Assembly: GCA_018062285.1 (NCBI GenBank)
Contig: JAGOSO010000003.1
Location: 6,992-70,991, forward strand
Length of the DNA: 64,000 nt
Origin: Minisyncoccota bacterium
GTDB lineage: Bacteria > Patescibacteriota > Minisyncoccia > 2-02-FULL-40-12 > GWA2-44-9
Reading direction: 5' to 3'
Shown here: one piece after another, positions 12,279 through 22,456 of the stretch
How positions within the stretch are numbered: the stretch's first letter is position 1
Layout: every line of letters begins with the position of its first letter
Made by a program: the position numbers and the translations under genes
The notes under the pieces: model-generated
What the model was told of the DNA's origin: nothing
Database searches by the model: none
What the model saw: only the letters and a program-made list of their open reading frames with translations

Positions 12279-12734
12279 ATGATAATTACCGAAGACCAAC
12301 TCGAACAAATAAGAATAGATAACCCAAACAAGAAAATTGTTTTTACTGCTGGATGTTTTGACCTTTTCCACGTCGGACATCTGAGCTACCTTGAGCAAGC
12401 AAAGCAATTAGGAGACATCCTCGTCGTCGATATTATAAACGATAACGGAGTTTCTAAGCTAAAAGGCCCAAAAAGACCAGTCATTCCTTCGGAACAACGT
12501 GCAAAGATTGTAAACGCCTTAAGGTGTGTTGATTATGTTTTGGTTTACCCTGATCTTAGCGACACGGGACCACTGGCAGAGATGATAAGGAGGTTAAGGC
12601 CAGACTTAATCGCTAATGGTAATCCAAAATTTATCAGCCAAATACAAGAAGAATTTCCAAACATGACAATGGTCCACATTCCAGTAATCGACGGGACATC
12701 TACCACCAAAATAGTTTCAAAAATAAACGAGTGA
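12279..12734 (+). CDS. Cytidylyl/adenylyltransferase-like protein (HxGH nucleotidyltransferase, TagD/RfaE-domain-II-like), 151 aa.
   Basis: TAGCFDLFHVGHLSYLEQA contains the HxGH motif of the CTP-transferase-like superfamily. Confidence 0.7.
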   Translation: MIITEDQLEQIRIDNPNKKIVFTAGCFDLFHVGHLSYLEQAKQLGDILVVDIINDNGVSKLKGPKRPVIPSEQRAKIVNALRCVDYVLVYPDLSDTGPLAEMIRRLRPDLIANGNPKFISQIQEEFPNMTMVHIPVIDGTSTTKIVSKINE

Positions 12735-13405
12735 AAGTAATACTATTCGGAGACAACAAAAAAATAGGGGAAGAACTTGTAACCAAGTTCGGTTTTGACG
12801 TTGTCGATAGCAATCCCGAAGCTGTCATCAGCTTTGGGGGAGATGGCACTTTAATGAAGGCAGAGTTTGCTTATCCGGGAATCCCAAAGATTGTATTGCG
12901 GGACAGCAACATCTGCAAAGTTTGCTCAGTGCTAACAAACGAAGAAGTTCTCGAGAAAATATCTCGCAAGGAATACACAATCCAACCCCTCATGAAAATC
13001 GAGGCTCAGTTCGAAGGTAACACAATCTCAGCCATCAACGACATCGTCATTCACAATGGCAACCCTCGCCACGGCATCCGCTACAACCTCACCGTCAACG
13101 ACAGGCCCATTGGAGGCACTATTATAGGCGATGGTATTGTTGTGGCAACACCACTAGGCTCTACGGCATATTATCGCAGTATTACCGACAGTTACTTTGA
13201 AGCCGGCATTGGTATCGCTTTCAACAACAGCACCGAGCAGATTGATCATGTTGTTTGTACCGAAGATAAAATAATCACGACCACTATTGTCCGTGGGCCA
13301 GCCATGGTTTATGCTGACAACCAAGAAAAAATTTTTGAATTAAAGGACGGCGATAAGGTGGTTATAAAAAGGTCGGGGAGTGTCGGGCAGAGGATAGTAG
13401 TTTAA
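12731..13405 (+). CDS. nadK: NAD kinase.
   Basis: GGDGT motif, NDxx segment and DGxxxxTPxGSTAY motif. 224 aa. The GTG start overlaps the upstream stop. Confidence 0.85.
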   Translation: MKVILFGDNKKIGEELVTKFGFDVVDSNPEAVISFGGDGTLMKAEFAYPGIPKIVLRDSNICKVCSVLTNEEVLEKISRKEYTIQPLMKIEAQFEGNTISAINDIVIHNGNPRHGIRYNLTVNDRPIGGTIIGDGIVVATPLGSTAYYRSITDSYFEAGIGIAFNNSTEQIDHVVCTEDKIITTTIVRGPAMVYADNQEKIFELKDGDKVVIKRSGSVGQRIVV

Positions 13406-13410
13406 AAGTT

Positions 13411-13481
13411 GGGCCTGTAGTTCAGTGGTAAAACGCCGCATTCGCATTGCGGAGGCGCGAGTCCGATTCTCGCCAGGTCCA
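13411..13481 (+). tRNA. tRNA-Ala (anticodon CGC).
   Basis: Acceptor GGGCCTG/CAGGTCC with G3:U70, anticodon loop TT-CGC-AT. The T-loop is GTCCGATTC (C at position 55, slightly atypical). No CCA. Confidence 0.75.
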
Positions 13482-13516
13482 CAAAAACATCCCAATAAAA
13501 ACTAAAAAATAAACAC

Positions 13517-13930
13517 ATGAACAGAGTCGTACATTTTGAGATACCGGCGGATGATATCGAGAGAGCACAGAAGTTTTATAACGAAACTTTTGGGTGGAAG
13601 CTTGTTCCGATGGGCGGAGAATACGGAAACTATGTCGTTGTCCAAACCGGACCAACTGACGAGCAGGGGATGCCAAAAGAATCTGCTTTTATAAACGGCG
13701 GGTTGTTTAAGCGCGACCCATCAGCCAAAGCACCAATCCTGGTTCTTGGCACCGATGACTGTGACGGAACGGTCAAAAAAGCAGAAGAAGCTGGCGGTAA
13801 GTTAATCGGGGAGATTTTAGACATCCCAAACGTCGGTCGTTACGCCCGTGTTCAAGACCCCGAAGGCAACGTCATTGCCATCATAAAGCCAATAATGCCA
13901 GGCAACCCGCAGGCCCAAATCTTGCCATAA
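13517..13930 (+). CDS. VOC-family (glyoxalase/bleomycin-resistance fold) protein, 137 aa.
   Basis: N-terminal ...VVHFEIPADDIERAQKFYNETFGW is typical of the VOC fold. Confidence 0.7.
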   Translation: MNRVVHFEIPADDIERAQKFYNETFGWKLVPMGGEYGNYVVVQTGPTDEQGMPKESAFINGGLFKRDPSAKAPILVLGTDDCDGTVKKAEEAGGKLIGEILDIPNVGRYARVQDPEGNVIAIIKPIMPGNPQAQILP

Positions 13931-13978
13931 TCAATTTTATATTGTAAATTATTTTAACTCATTGGTTGAGGAGGTTTT

Positions 13979-14317
13979 GTGGAGAAACAGAAAAACAACA
14001 AGTGTAGGCACTACTTTATTTACGTGTCCATCTTTCCAGGAGCATGGGCAGCAGCACTCGCTGGCACTATTAGTGGGATCCCTTCTGGCAGCTACCAGAT
14101 GCTAGTTTTGGCCCTGTTGGCTAGCGGGTTGTCGGTTTTCCTGGGTGATAGGTTTTACAAGAAACAAATTGGACCATGGCTCAGGGGGCGAGGCTGGAAT
14201 GAGTACTCCTACCTAAGAGGTCTCCAGCTTGCAATAACCGGCATGACCATTGGCTTCACAGGGCCACTCTTGGTCTTGGTGGCTTGTGACAAATTTTGGC
14301 ATCTAATAAAGCACTAG
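13979..14317 (+). CDS. Hypothetical small membrane protein, 112 aa, GTG start.
   Basis: A GAGGAGG Shine-Dalgarno at 13968-13974 precedes the GTG. Three predicted TM helices. Confidence 0.55.
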   Translation: MEKQKNNKCRHYFIYVSIFPGAWAAALAGTISGIPSGSYQMLVLALLASGLSVFLGDRFYKKQIGPWLRGRGWNEYSYLRGLQLAITGMTIGFTGPLLVLVACDKFWHLIKH

Positions 14318-14321
14318 CGAT

Positions 14322-14346
14322 GGGGCCTTCGGGCCCCGTTTTTTAT
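14322..14346 (+). terminator. Rho-independent terminator.
   Basis: GGGGCC-ttcg-GGCCCC followed by GTTTTTTATTTT. Confidence 0.75.
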
Positions 14347-14371
14347 TTTCGTGTTACAATAAGCAAATAAA

Positions 14372-16360
14372 ATGACTGACACCAATCCGATACTCAAAGG
14401 ACTGAATAACAAGCAACAAGAGGCCGTCAAAACAATTGACGGCCCTGTTTTGGTTATCTCTGGGCCAGGGTCAGGAAAAACTAAATGCTTAACCCATCGG
14501 GTGGCGTGGATGATTTCTAAAGGCGTTAATCCTGCCAACATATTAGCTATTACTTTCACCAACAAAGCATCGGGGGAGATGAAGGAGCGTATTGGCAAAC
14601 TATTAAACACGACCAAGAAAACCGACAAGGATTTGTTGCCAACAATTGGAACATTCCACTCTTTGGGTTTAAGAATCCTGAGAAAAGAAATTCACGTTTT
14701 GGGCTACAACTCGAACTTTAATATTTGTGATTCTGACGAACAGCTTTCGATGATGAAGCGCATTATGGGCAACTTAGAAATGGATCCAAAGCGTTATAAC
14801 CCACGAAGCATGCTTGGCAAAATATCCAAATTAAAAACATCTTTGGTTTGGCCCGATGATTATTCTCCGACAGAATACATGGACAAATTAGTGGCCAAGC
14901 TCTACGGTCACTACCAAAACGGTTTGCGCGAAATGAACGGTTTAGACTTTGATGATTTGATTGTTTTAACGGTTAAAATATTCCGCGAACATCCTGAAGT
15001 TTTAAAAAAATACCAAGAATGGTGGAAGTACATCATGGTTGATGAGTATCAAGACACCAGTCATGACCAGTATGAATTCGTACAATTATTGGCAAAGAAA
15101 TACAAAAATATTTTTGCCATCGGAGATGACGCTCAATCGATCTATGCTTTTCGCGAAGCCGATATTCGCAACATTTTGAATTTCCAAAAAGATTATCCTG
15201 ACGCTACAGTAATCATGCTTGAACAAAACTATCGTTCTACCCAAACTATTTTAGCCGCCGCACAAAATATTATTTCAAATAACAAAAATCAATTCCCCAA
15301 AACCCTGTGGACCGAGAACGTGGCGGGGGAGAAGATATTAATCAAAGAAACAATCAATGAGAAGACAGAAGCCAATTTTATTGTGGCTCAGATTGTTAAG
15401 TACATGCGCAAGGGTTACGGCTTAAACTCATTTACCATTCTATACCGCACCCATGCCCAGTCTCGCTCCATGGAAGAATCTCTGATCAGCCATGGCTTAC
15501 CTTACCAAATTGTGGGCGGACTAAAATTCTACGAGCGCCGAGAAATCAAAGACATCATGGCTTACTTAAAATTAATCCATAATCCAATGGATATTTTGAG
15601 CTTAGAAAGAATTTACAATGTGCCATCACGCGGAATAGGGGACACCACTTATCAAAAAATACTTGCTGTAGGTAATAAGGATTTATTTGAAAGCTTGGCC
15701 ACTCTTATAGAAAAAGAAGGTGGCACCAAAAAGGCCGCTGCCCTAAAAAACTTCCACCAACTCTTGATTGGTCTGCGAGAATTTGCCCAGAATAACGCCC
15801 TAACCAAAACCCTTAAGCACATAGTCGAAACAGTTGGCTACGAGCAATACATTCGCGCCCAAGGCTTAGCAAAGAATGCCAAAGCTGAAGAAATAGAATC
15901 TCGCATTGAAAACATCGCCGAACTTTTCACCGTAGCCAAAGGCTATGACGCGCTTGACCCAGAAGCCGGACGCAATAGATTCTTAGAAGAAATCGCGCTC
16001 CTTCAACAAGCCGACGCAATCAAAGACAATGCCATTCGTGTCACACTAATGACCATGCATTCGTCTAAAGGCTTGGAATTCCCAATTGTATTTATTATCG
16101 GCATGGAAGAAGGTCTGTTCCCGCATGCCCGTACACTCTATGCACCGCACGAGATGGAAGAAGAACGCCGTCTTTGCTATGTTGGTATTACGAGAGCCAA
16201 AGAACGACTGATTTTAACCCATGCCAAATACCGCAACATCTTTGGTACAACAGAAGTTAACCTACCATCACGTTTCTTAAATGAAATGTCGCAAGACTTA
16301 TTGGATCGCCAGTATTCCGATCCGACAAGCGACTACGAAGAATCAATTTCTTATGATTAA
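14372..16360 (+). CDS. UvrD/PcrA-family ATP-dependent DNA helicase, 662 aa.
   Basis: Walker A GPGSGKT, DEYQDT (motif II) and typical SF1A motifs throughout. Confidence 0.9.
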   Translation: MTDTNPILKGLNNKQQEAVKTIDGPVLVISGPGSGKTKCLTHRVAWMISKGVNPANILAITFTNKASGEMKERIGKLLNTTKKTDKDLLPTIGTFHSLGLRILRKEIHVLGYNSNFNICDSDEQLSMMKRIMGNLEMDPKRYNPRSMLGKISKLKTSLVWPDDYSPTEYMDKLVAKLYGHYQNGLREMNGLDFDDLIVLTVKIFREHPEVLKKYQEWWKYIMVDEYQDTSHDQYEFVQLLAKKYKNIFAIGDDAQSIYAFREADIRNILNFQKDYPDATVIMLEQNYRSTQTILAAAQNIISNNKNQFPKTLWTENVAGEKILIKETINEKTEANFIVAQIVKYMRKGYGLNSFTILYRTHAQSRSMEESLISHGLPYQIVGGLKFYERREIKDIMAYLKLIHNPMDILSLERIYNVPSRGIGDTTYQKILAVGNKDLFESLATLIEKEGGTKKAAALKNFHQLLIGLREFAQNNALTKTLKHIVETVGYEQYIRAQGLAKNAKAEEIESRIENIAELFTVAKGYDALDPEAGRNRFLEEIALLQQADAIKDNAIRVTLMTMHSSKGLEFPIVFIIGMEEGLFPHARTLYAPHEMEEERRLCYVGITRAKERLILTHAKYRNIFGTTEVNLPSRFLNEMSQDLLDRQYSDPTSDYEESISYD

Positions 16361-17141
16361 TAACAGCGACGCCAAAAAATCACTAGGCCAGAACTTCCTC
16401 ATCAACGAGGGGATTGTGGCTAAAATTGTTGCCTCTGCTGAATTGGGGGCCGAAGATACTGTACTTGAAGTCGGTCCTGGCACCGGCAATCTTACTCGCG
16501 CTTTACTTGCCACAGGAGCCAGAGTAATTGCGGTCGAAAAAGACCATCGAGTCATTGAAGATTTAAATGCCGAATTTAGTGCTGCACAAATTGAAATTAT
16601 CGAAGGCGACATTTTGGACTTTAAGCCAAGTGAGCACGGCCTGGTTGAAGGTGATTACAAAATCGTCGCCAATTTGCCGTACTATATTACCTCCCATTTT
16701 ATACGCACTGTTTTTGAAGAGTGGCCTCAACCAGAACACATGGTTTTGATGGTTCAAAAAGAAGTTGCCAAGCGTATAGTCGCAAAGCCACCAGAAATGA
16801 ATCTCCTAGCTTTGTCAGTTCAGTATTATGCTAACCCGGAAATTATCACCCAGGTCAGTCGAGGAAGTTTCCGTCCGATGCCCAACGTGGACTCAGCCGT
16901 AATTCGCCTAACCCCACGCACCGAATATTCTTTAACCGTTGAAAAAGAAAAATTATTCTTCTCGATTTTAAAAGCGGCCTTTGCTGGAAAGAGAAAACAA
17001 CTTATTAATACTTTAGTAACAGTGATAGGCAAGAACAAGCAGGGGACAGCGGAACTCCTAACCAGTATCGGCCTCACACCTCAAACCCGCCCCGAAACTG
17101 TCGACATGGAACACTGGCTCATTCTCGTGAATAGTCTATAA
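16353..17141 (+). CDS. rsmA: 16S rRNA (adenine1518/1519-N6)-dimethyltransferase RsmA/KsgA. The start was moved to the ATG at 16353.
   Basis: LGQNFLINEGIV and the SAM motif VLEVGPGTGNLT. The listed start at 16281 is inside the helicase gene. Confidence 0.85.
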   Translation: MINNSDAKKSLGQNFLINEGIVAKIVASAELGAEDTVLEVGPGTGNLTRALLATGARVIAVEKDHRVIEDLNAEFSAAQIEIIEGDILDFKPSEHGLVEGDYKIVANLPYYITSHFIRTVFEEWPQPEHMVLMVQKEVAKRIVAKPPEMNLLALSVQYYANPEIITQVSRGSFRPMPNVDSAVIRLTPRTEYSLTVEKEKLFFSILKAAFAGKRKQLINTLVTVIGKNKQGTAELLTSIGLTPQTRPETVDMEHWLILVNSL

Positions 17142-17148
17142 TCTAAAG

Positions 17149-17523
17149 ATGCTACTAAGATTTACAAGGATTAGCTTATCCAGTTTAATAATTTTATCTT
17201 TTATCTTAATTCTCTCTGCCAACAAAGCGGAGGCTCTTTCCTTGATGATGCCGTTTGGGGGTAAGATAAAATCTGTCCAACCTTGCACTTGCCCTGCAAA
17301 TCTAGCTTGGCAGATTACTGTCGGCCCGCCCCGACCCGGAGTTTTCATGTACAAACCAGGAATGTCCACCTTATTCTCTAAATTTAATATTTTCAGCCCA
17401 GGCCCTTATGTTGTGGGCATTGCAACGGGATACTCTCCCTGCATGCAAGCAAGTGTCACTGGTTGCACGCCAACCAGCACCGGCGGGCCACTTATCCGAC
17501 TTGTAGGAACCTCTGGTTTTTAG
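17149..17523 (+). CDS. Small secreted Cys-containing protein, 124 aa. First gene of a secretion-system-like operon.
   Basis: Signal peptide MLLRFTRISLSSLIILSFILILSANKAEA. No family recognised. Confidence 0.5.
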   Translation: MLLRFTRISLSSLIILSFILILSANKAEALSLMMPFGGKIKSVQPCTCPANLAWQITVGPPRPGVFMYKPGMSTLFSKFNIFSPGPYVVGIATGYSPCMQASVTGCTPTSTGGPLIRLVGTSGF

Positions 17524-17603
17524 ACCTCAAAGTATCCACACCTAGCCCTAAAATCGACACACTGATTGGTGCTATACTTAACGTAGGCAAAATAATGATT
17601 TTT

Positions 17604-17619
17604 GTGTGAAATTACACAC
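17604..17619. promoter_or_regulatory. Inverted repeat GTGTG-N6-CACAC, 12 nt upstream of the 17631 start. Candidate operator.
   Basis: Perfect 5 bp arms with a 6 nt spacer in the only sizeable intergenic gap of the operon. Confidence 0.25.
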
Positions 17620-17630
17620 GAAAAACTACC

Positions 17631-18530
17631 GTGCCAAATAAAATAAAGATCGCATTAACTCTCGTGGCCATAGTAGCCGGATTTTTGGTTTATCAGCTGG
17701 CACAATACGTCCACACAATAGCCAACGGCAACTCCACCTTCCAACAAGGCACTCCTTTGCCTAACCCTGATGATGATCCAGACCACGACGGACTAAATAA
17801 TCAACAAGAAATTATATGGGGGACAGATCCATTCAATTCAGACAGTGACAAGGATGGTTTTAAAGATGGCGAAGAGATTAAGTCGGGGCACAACCCACTC
17901 GTCCCTGGCCCCAACGACCTGCTTAACGACGACAATCTTACCCAAAAAATTTCTGATCTAACTGTTAGCGGTCTTTATTCTGGGGACCTCAAACCAGAGA
18001 GCCAGAACTACCAGCAAGCCATCGCCGACATAGCAGATGCGATCGCTGATTCTAGTAAATACACATTTGCTCAAAAAACAATATCTACCGACTTAAATAT
18101 TATTGAGGGTGGAACAAAAAACAACAAAGAATATCTAAAAAAATTAAATCCAATACTAACAGATTTTGAAATTTCACTGAAAGATCAATACGAAAATCTA
18201 ATTCCCAATCTCAACATTGTAGGTGAAAGAGGATTTTCTGATCAATCAATAAAAGACTTTTATTCAAAGCAGGAATCAAAACAATTGGATCTTTTTAAAC
18301 AAATGTCTGATCTTGATATTCCAAGAGATTTTAAAGACGCCCACCAACATTTCATGAGCATAATCCAAAGAGTGGGGGATATTAGTGAATCAATAAAAAA
18401 TGGTGAAGTTGATCCAGTTAAAGCCTCTAGCGCACTGAGCAATCTTGCTGAAATGTACCAAAACTACGAAACAATGCTTTCTGAATATAGTGTAGTAATT
18501 AATTCGAGGAGCCTAGGCGAAAGTCTATAA
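17631..18530 (+). CDS. Membrane-anchored protein with Asp-rich calcium-binding-like (TSP3-type) repeats, 299 aa, GTG start.
   Basis: N-terminal TM helix, then DDDPDHDGLNNQQE...DPFNSDSDKDGFKDGEE motifs. The remainder has no recognised family. Confidence 0.55.
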   Translation: MPNKIKIALTLVAIVAGFLVYQLAQYVHTIANGNSTFQQGTPLPNPDDDPDHDGLNNQQEIIWGTDPFNSDSDKDGFKDGEEIKSGHNPLVPGPNDLLNDDNLTQKISDLTVSGLYSGDLKPESQNYQQAIADIADAIADSSKYTFAQKTISTDLNIIEGGTKNNKEYLKKLNPILTDFEISLKDQYENLIPNLNIVGERGFSDQSIKDFYSKQESKQLDLFKQMSDLDIPRDFKDAHQHFMSIIQRVGDISESIKNGEVDPVKASSALSNLAEMYQNYETMLSEYSVVINSRSLGESL

Positions 18531-18532
18531 AA

Positions 18533-20431
18533 ATGAAAAGGTTATTTTCTGCAATATTAATAATAGTAATTATAAGTCAGTATTTTATTTATCCAATATA
18601 CGCTCAAGCAAGCATCAAAAGTAGTGCTGTTGAGTTTGCTGGGTGCGCAACCGGAAACATTGCAGGGAACTATCTTTCGGGGAAGGTTGCAGGGCTTGTG
18701 AGCAAGCTCAAGGACAAAATAAAAGATAAGGTGACAAGCGGCATAACAGACGCCTTAACAACTGTTCCGGTTTCAGACTCCGGCGTAAAAGGAGCCCAGA
18801 AGGATGGGAACGCGCAGGATTTTACAAAAGCATATGTGACTGATGTTATTGCGAGATGTGCAGCAAGAACAATATTAAACACGATGGTCGCAAATATTTT
18901 CGACATAATGCGCACTTCAGGTCGTGACGGGGGAGTAACATTCATAAGGAATTGGACAAACTTTCAATTGGCTGCTCAATACCGAGGAGAAAACATCTTT
19001 AGAGCTGAATTGAGCACTGCCCAATTGTGTGACTATCTAGCTGATGGAATAAAAAAATCTTTTGGAGTAGACCCTAACAAAAAAACTCCAATATCGGGAC
19101 AGAGCACTAGAACAGACTCATTGCAGCCCTTCAGTGTTTCCTCAAAATGCACCATGCCGGCTGGTTTTTCTATGAGTAAGTATCAAAATGATTTTGCTGG
19201 CAACGGGGGTTGGGATGCATTTTCCAGAATGCTAGAACCACAAAATAATGCTTGGGGACTTACTGCGATGTCTCAAACAGAAATAACCAAACAAAGAGGA
19301 CTCGCTGTTAGTGCTGACCTAGCTCAAGCTCAGGCCGGGTCTGGATACATAGGCACCAGTGGCAGAGGAAAAGCGGACAGTTGTGCAGTTAAAAGCCCGA
19401 ACGGTAACGATTGTATTGTCTACAATGATATAAAAACAACCGGTAGCTACATTGCCGCCAATGTAGCAGCGAGTATAAACGCTGAGCTAACTTGGATAAC
19501 TAGTGCACAAAGCTTGGGCTCTATCGTTGCAAACCTAACAGAAGTTCTTTTGAACAGGATGTTAGACCAAGGTAACCCAGACGAGGGCCTTCCTCGCTCA
19601 GCCGACGAAACAGGAGGAATAGATCTAAGCACCGCTGGCCCAACAGCCACAACAACCCCAACCGGAACACCACAAGTATGTTTACTCACTGCAACAAAAA
19701 CAAGACTCACACCCTTATCAATCCAAATAAAATCAGCGATAAACTCCATCGACTTAGGAACAAGAGAGAACACCATAAAAAGCAGGATGGACCCAGCGAT
19801 AATCCTAATCCACAACCTCAGGGTAAGTCTTTCAACCACTGAATACGACACGGCAAGTAAACTGCAAGACATAGAATCAATAATGGGATCTTTTGAATCT
19901 TTGGCCCTCACAAACAACAAAACGGCTCCCGAAACAAACCAGCTAAACGACTATAGGCGCGCAATAACAAAAGACCTTGATGATCTATTGGCGGAACCTA
20001 TCTGCACGACAGCAACCCCAACGCCAACAAGTGAGCCAGACCTAAGTTGCGCTGAACAAGGACTAAAAGAAGCATATTCACAGAATGTGGTGTCAGCAAT
20101 AAGTGATTTCATGTTAGCCCAACCAGCCATTGCATCGCTCCCAGATGACGATGAGGGTGGACCAAACAATACATTGTTTATGAATGGTGTAGTAAACACG
20201 CTGAGCGGAAAAGGATTCACCTCTGGCCGATTGCTCCATGTGGCCACTGGTAAATTAAGCGGTGACAAAATTATTGTTGGGAAAAACCCTCCTGATCCAG
20301 ATGGAGAAGTTTATGACATCATCAACTCAACGGGGGATGGCAAGCCATTTAATTCAAACGGTAAGATAAGCAATTCCTGCAAGATTCATGAAGATTGGTC
20401 AAAGCTAGTACCAGCCGAACCGGCACCATAA
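18533..20431 (+). CDS. Large secreted protein of unknown function, 632 aa.
   Basis: Signal peptide MKRLFSAILIIVIISQYFIYPIYAQA. Gly/Ser/Thr-rich with several Cys. It is tightly coupled (2 nt gap) to the neighbouring genes. Confidence 0.6.
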   Translation: MKRLFSAILIIVIISQYFIYPIYAQASIKSSAVEFAGCATGNIAGNYLSGKVAGLVSKLKDKIKDKVTSGITDALTTVPVSDSGVKGAQKDGNAQDFTKAYVTDVIARCAARTILNTMVANIFDIMRTSGRDGGVTFIRNWTNFQLAAQYRGENIFRAELSTAQLCDYLADGIKKSFGVDPNKKTPISGQSTRTDSLQPFSVSSKCTMPAGFSMSKYQNDFAGNGGWDAFSRMLEPQNNAWGLTAMSQTEITKQRGLAVSADLAQAQAGSGYIGTSGRGKADSCAVKSPNGNDCIVYNDIKTTGSYIAANVAASINAELTWITSAQSLGSIVANLTEVLLNRMLDQGNPDEGLPRSADETGGIDLSTAGPTATTTPTGTPQVCLLTATKTRLTPLSIQIKSAINSIDLGTRENTIKSRMDPAIILIHNLRVSLSTTEYDTASKLQDIESIMGSFESLALTNNKTAPETNQLNDYRRAITKDLDDLLAEPICTTATPTPTSEPDLSCAEQGLKEAYSQNVVSAISDFMLAQPAIASLPDDDEGGPNNTLFMNGVVNTLSGKGFTSGRLLHVATGKLSGDKIIVGKNPPDPDGEVYDIINSTGDGKPFNSNGKISNSCKIHEDWSKLVPAEPAP

Positions 20432-20441
20432 AACCAACGGG

Positions 20442-22451
20442 ATGCACGCCAACAAAAAACAAAAATTAATATGGGGAATAATGTTAGTGGCAACCCTGTC
20501 TTTGGTTTTACCAACACACCTCATCCAAGCAGCAACTGGGGATAGTTGGCTTGGGCTCCCAACCTTTGAGGGTTTAATGCAGGCATTCTTCTACTGGATT
20601 TTTGTTATCGTGGGCAATCTCACCGGTATTGCGGCCAAGGCTTTAAACTTTGCCATTTTCACTAGGCCAGGAGCCGACATACCCATAGTAACAGGCACTT
20701 GGACAATCCTTAGGGATTTTTCCAACATGATCTTTATACTCCTCTTGGTTTATATGGCCCTTGCAACCATTTTTGACTACGACAGTAAATACAAATTCAA
20801 AGATGTAATAGTTAAATTTGTATTTGTAGCAGTTTTAATTAATTTTAGTCTAGTAATCGGCCATCTCATTATTGATTTCTGCCAAGTTCTGACCAATGTT
20901 TTTCTGGGCACGATTGGCAACGTAGGGGATAGACTAGGCACCTATCTTAATCCATCCTTATTGTTACCTGGGCCAGACCAAGCCGGCGCAACGTTGATAT
21001 CTTTGGTTTTTGCTGTAATTCTTTCTTTGATCTATTTATTTAGTCTGCTTGTGGCCCTAGTCTTTGCTGTCATTCGCACGCCGTACATTTGGATCCTTTT
21101 AATTCTTTCTCCTCTTGCTTGGATGAGTCACATTTTTCCAAATGGAGAAAAGTGGTGGAAACAATGGTGGAGTAACTTTTGGGGCTGGAATCTTTTTTTG
21201 CCTGTATATTTATTTTTCATGTACCTGGGTCTTCTGTTTTTGGCACAGAGAGACACTATTATGTCGGCCGTTGTTAGGTCACAAATCGAAAGCGGAGGAG
21301 TCAACCCAACTGGTGTGCCGCTACTGGCTGGGCTGTCTACTTCAATGACTTTTAACCTTCTTTTCTTTTACCTATTTGCGGCCTTCGTAATGATTGGTGG
21401 TCTAAAAGCGGCAATAAGCGTTACCAGCATGATGGGCAGCGGATTTGATAAAAGCGTAGGTATGGCCAAGAATTTTGTTAAGAGATTGCCAATAGTACCT
21501 GGCGTTGGCAATCTTGAAGCTGCTGAAAAAGCTTACGGCGCACGCAGGTCGGAATTCCAACAAAAAGGATTCAGGAATCCTTGGCTCAACAAGGTCTATG
21601 GCGGGACAGATGCTCAGAAAAAAGCCAATGAAAAAGCCTCTAAATTTGCTCCTTTCCGGCTGGAAGTGCCGGAATCAAAGGTACAGAAAGACTTCGTCGC
21701 CGAAGTCAGGAAGCAATATGACGACATCGAAGATAAATATGACACAGGCGGTCTATCGATAACTCAACTAAAAGCAAAAATAGATTCCACAAAAGCAGAC
21801 AGTGCTGATGGTTACGCCTACCGCAAATTTGCAATCAAGAAAGGTGTCCTAAAGGGGGACCAGTTCAGAAACAGTCTCGAATCATTAAAAAACAATCCTT
21901 ACGCTGTTCAGGATTTTGTTAAAACCGCACAAGATGCCAAGTTTAACAACTTGGGTGACATTGCGGCCCTGGGATTAGACACGACCTTAGCAACGCCAGG
22001 GCTAGTGGCGGCAAGAAGGAGTATGCTCATGCACGTTTCAGATGACGCAAGAAGTGCCTCAAAACTCGATGCTGCCCAATTTGCTTCAGCCATACGGGAA
22101 TTAGGAACATACGAATCACCAGAAGGTAAAAAATTCTTCAAAAATGCTGGCAAATTTAGGCCAGATCTTATGATTAATTACACGCTTGATCCGGCAAACA
22201 ACACAGGGGAAACGAAGACCAGAGAGCAATTATGGGACGGAGCAATCAATACTGACGCCAAAGATATTGTCTCTATGCCTATGTCTGTTTGGGGGGAGAG
22301 TGGATTCCATGGCGCAATGAGCAGAAAACTTGGTCCGGTCGCAGGAAGAAACAATGCCCAGAAGAAACTAAGGGCAAGATTTGAGCAGCTATTCCTAAAT
22401 GACCCAGACGGGGCGGCCAAACAACTTGCGCTGGACACACACATACCTTAA
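20442..22451 (+). CDS. Polytopic membrane protein, VirB6/TrbL-like by topology, 669 aa.
   Basis: At least 7 TM helices in the first ~340 aa, then a ~300 aa hydrophilic C-terminal domain. It lies upstream of the VirB3-like and VirB4 genes. The assignment rests on architecture only. Confidence 0.4.
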   Translation: MHANKKQKLIWGIMLVATLSLVLPTHLIQAATGDSWLGLPTFEGLMQAFFYWIFVIVGNLTGIAAKALNFAIFTRPGADIPIVTGTWTILRDFSNMIFILLLVYMALATIFDYDSKYKFKDVIVKFVFVAVLINFSLVIGHLIIDFCQVLTNVFLGTIGNVGDRLGTYLNPSLLLPGPDQAGATLISLVFAVILSLIYLFSLLVALVFAVIRTPYIWILLILSPLAWMSHIFPNGEKWWKQWWSNFWGWNLFLPVYLFFMYLGLLFLAQRDTIMSAVVRSQIESGGVNPTGVPLLAGLSTSMTFNLLFFYLFAAFVMIGGLKAAISVTSMMGSGFDKSVGMAKNFVKRLPIVPGVGNLEAAEKAYGARRSEFQQKGFRNPWLNKVYGGTDAQKKANEKASKFAPFRLEVPESKVQKDFVAEVRKQYDDIEDKYDTGGLSITQLKAKIDSTKADSADGYAYRKFAIKKGVLKGDQFRNSLESLKNNPYAVQDFVKTAQDAKFNNLGDIAALGLDTTLATPGLVAARRSMLMHVSDDARSASKLDAAQFASAIRELGTYESPEGKKFFKNAGKFRPDLMINYTLDPANNTGETKTREQLWDGAINTDAKDIVSMPMSVWGESGFHGAMSRKLGPVAGRNNAQKKLRARFEQLFLNDPDGAAKQLALDTHIP

Positions 22452-22456
22452 TCAAT

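Noticed and set aside
13422-13676. 84-aa minus-strand ORF overlapping tRNA-Ala(CGC) and the start of the VOC gene.
   Set aside because: It reads through a tRNA gene antisense and has no RBS. It is an artefact of an open frame.
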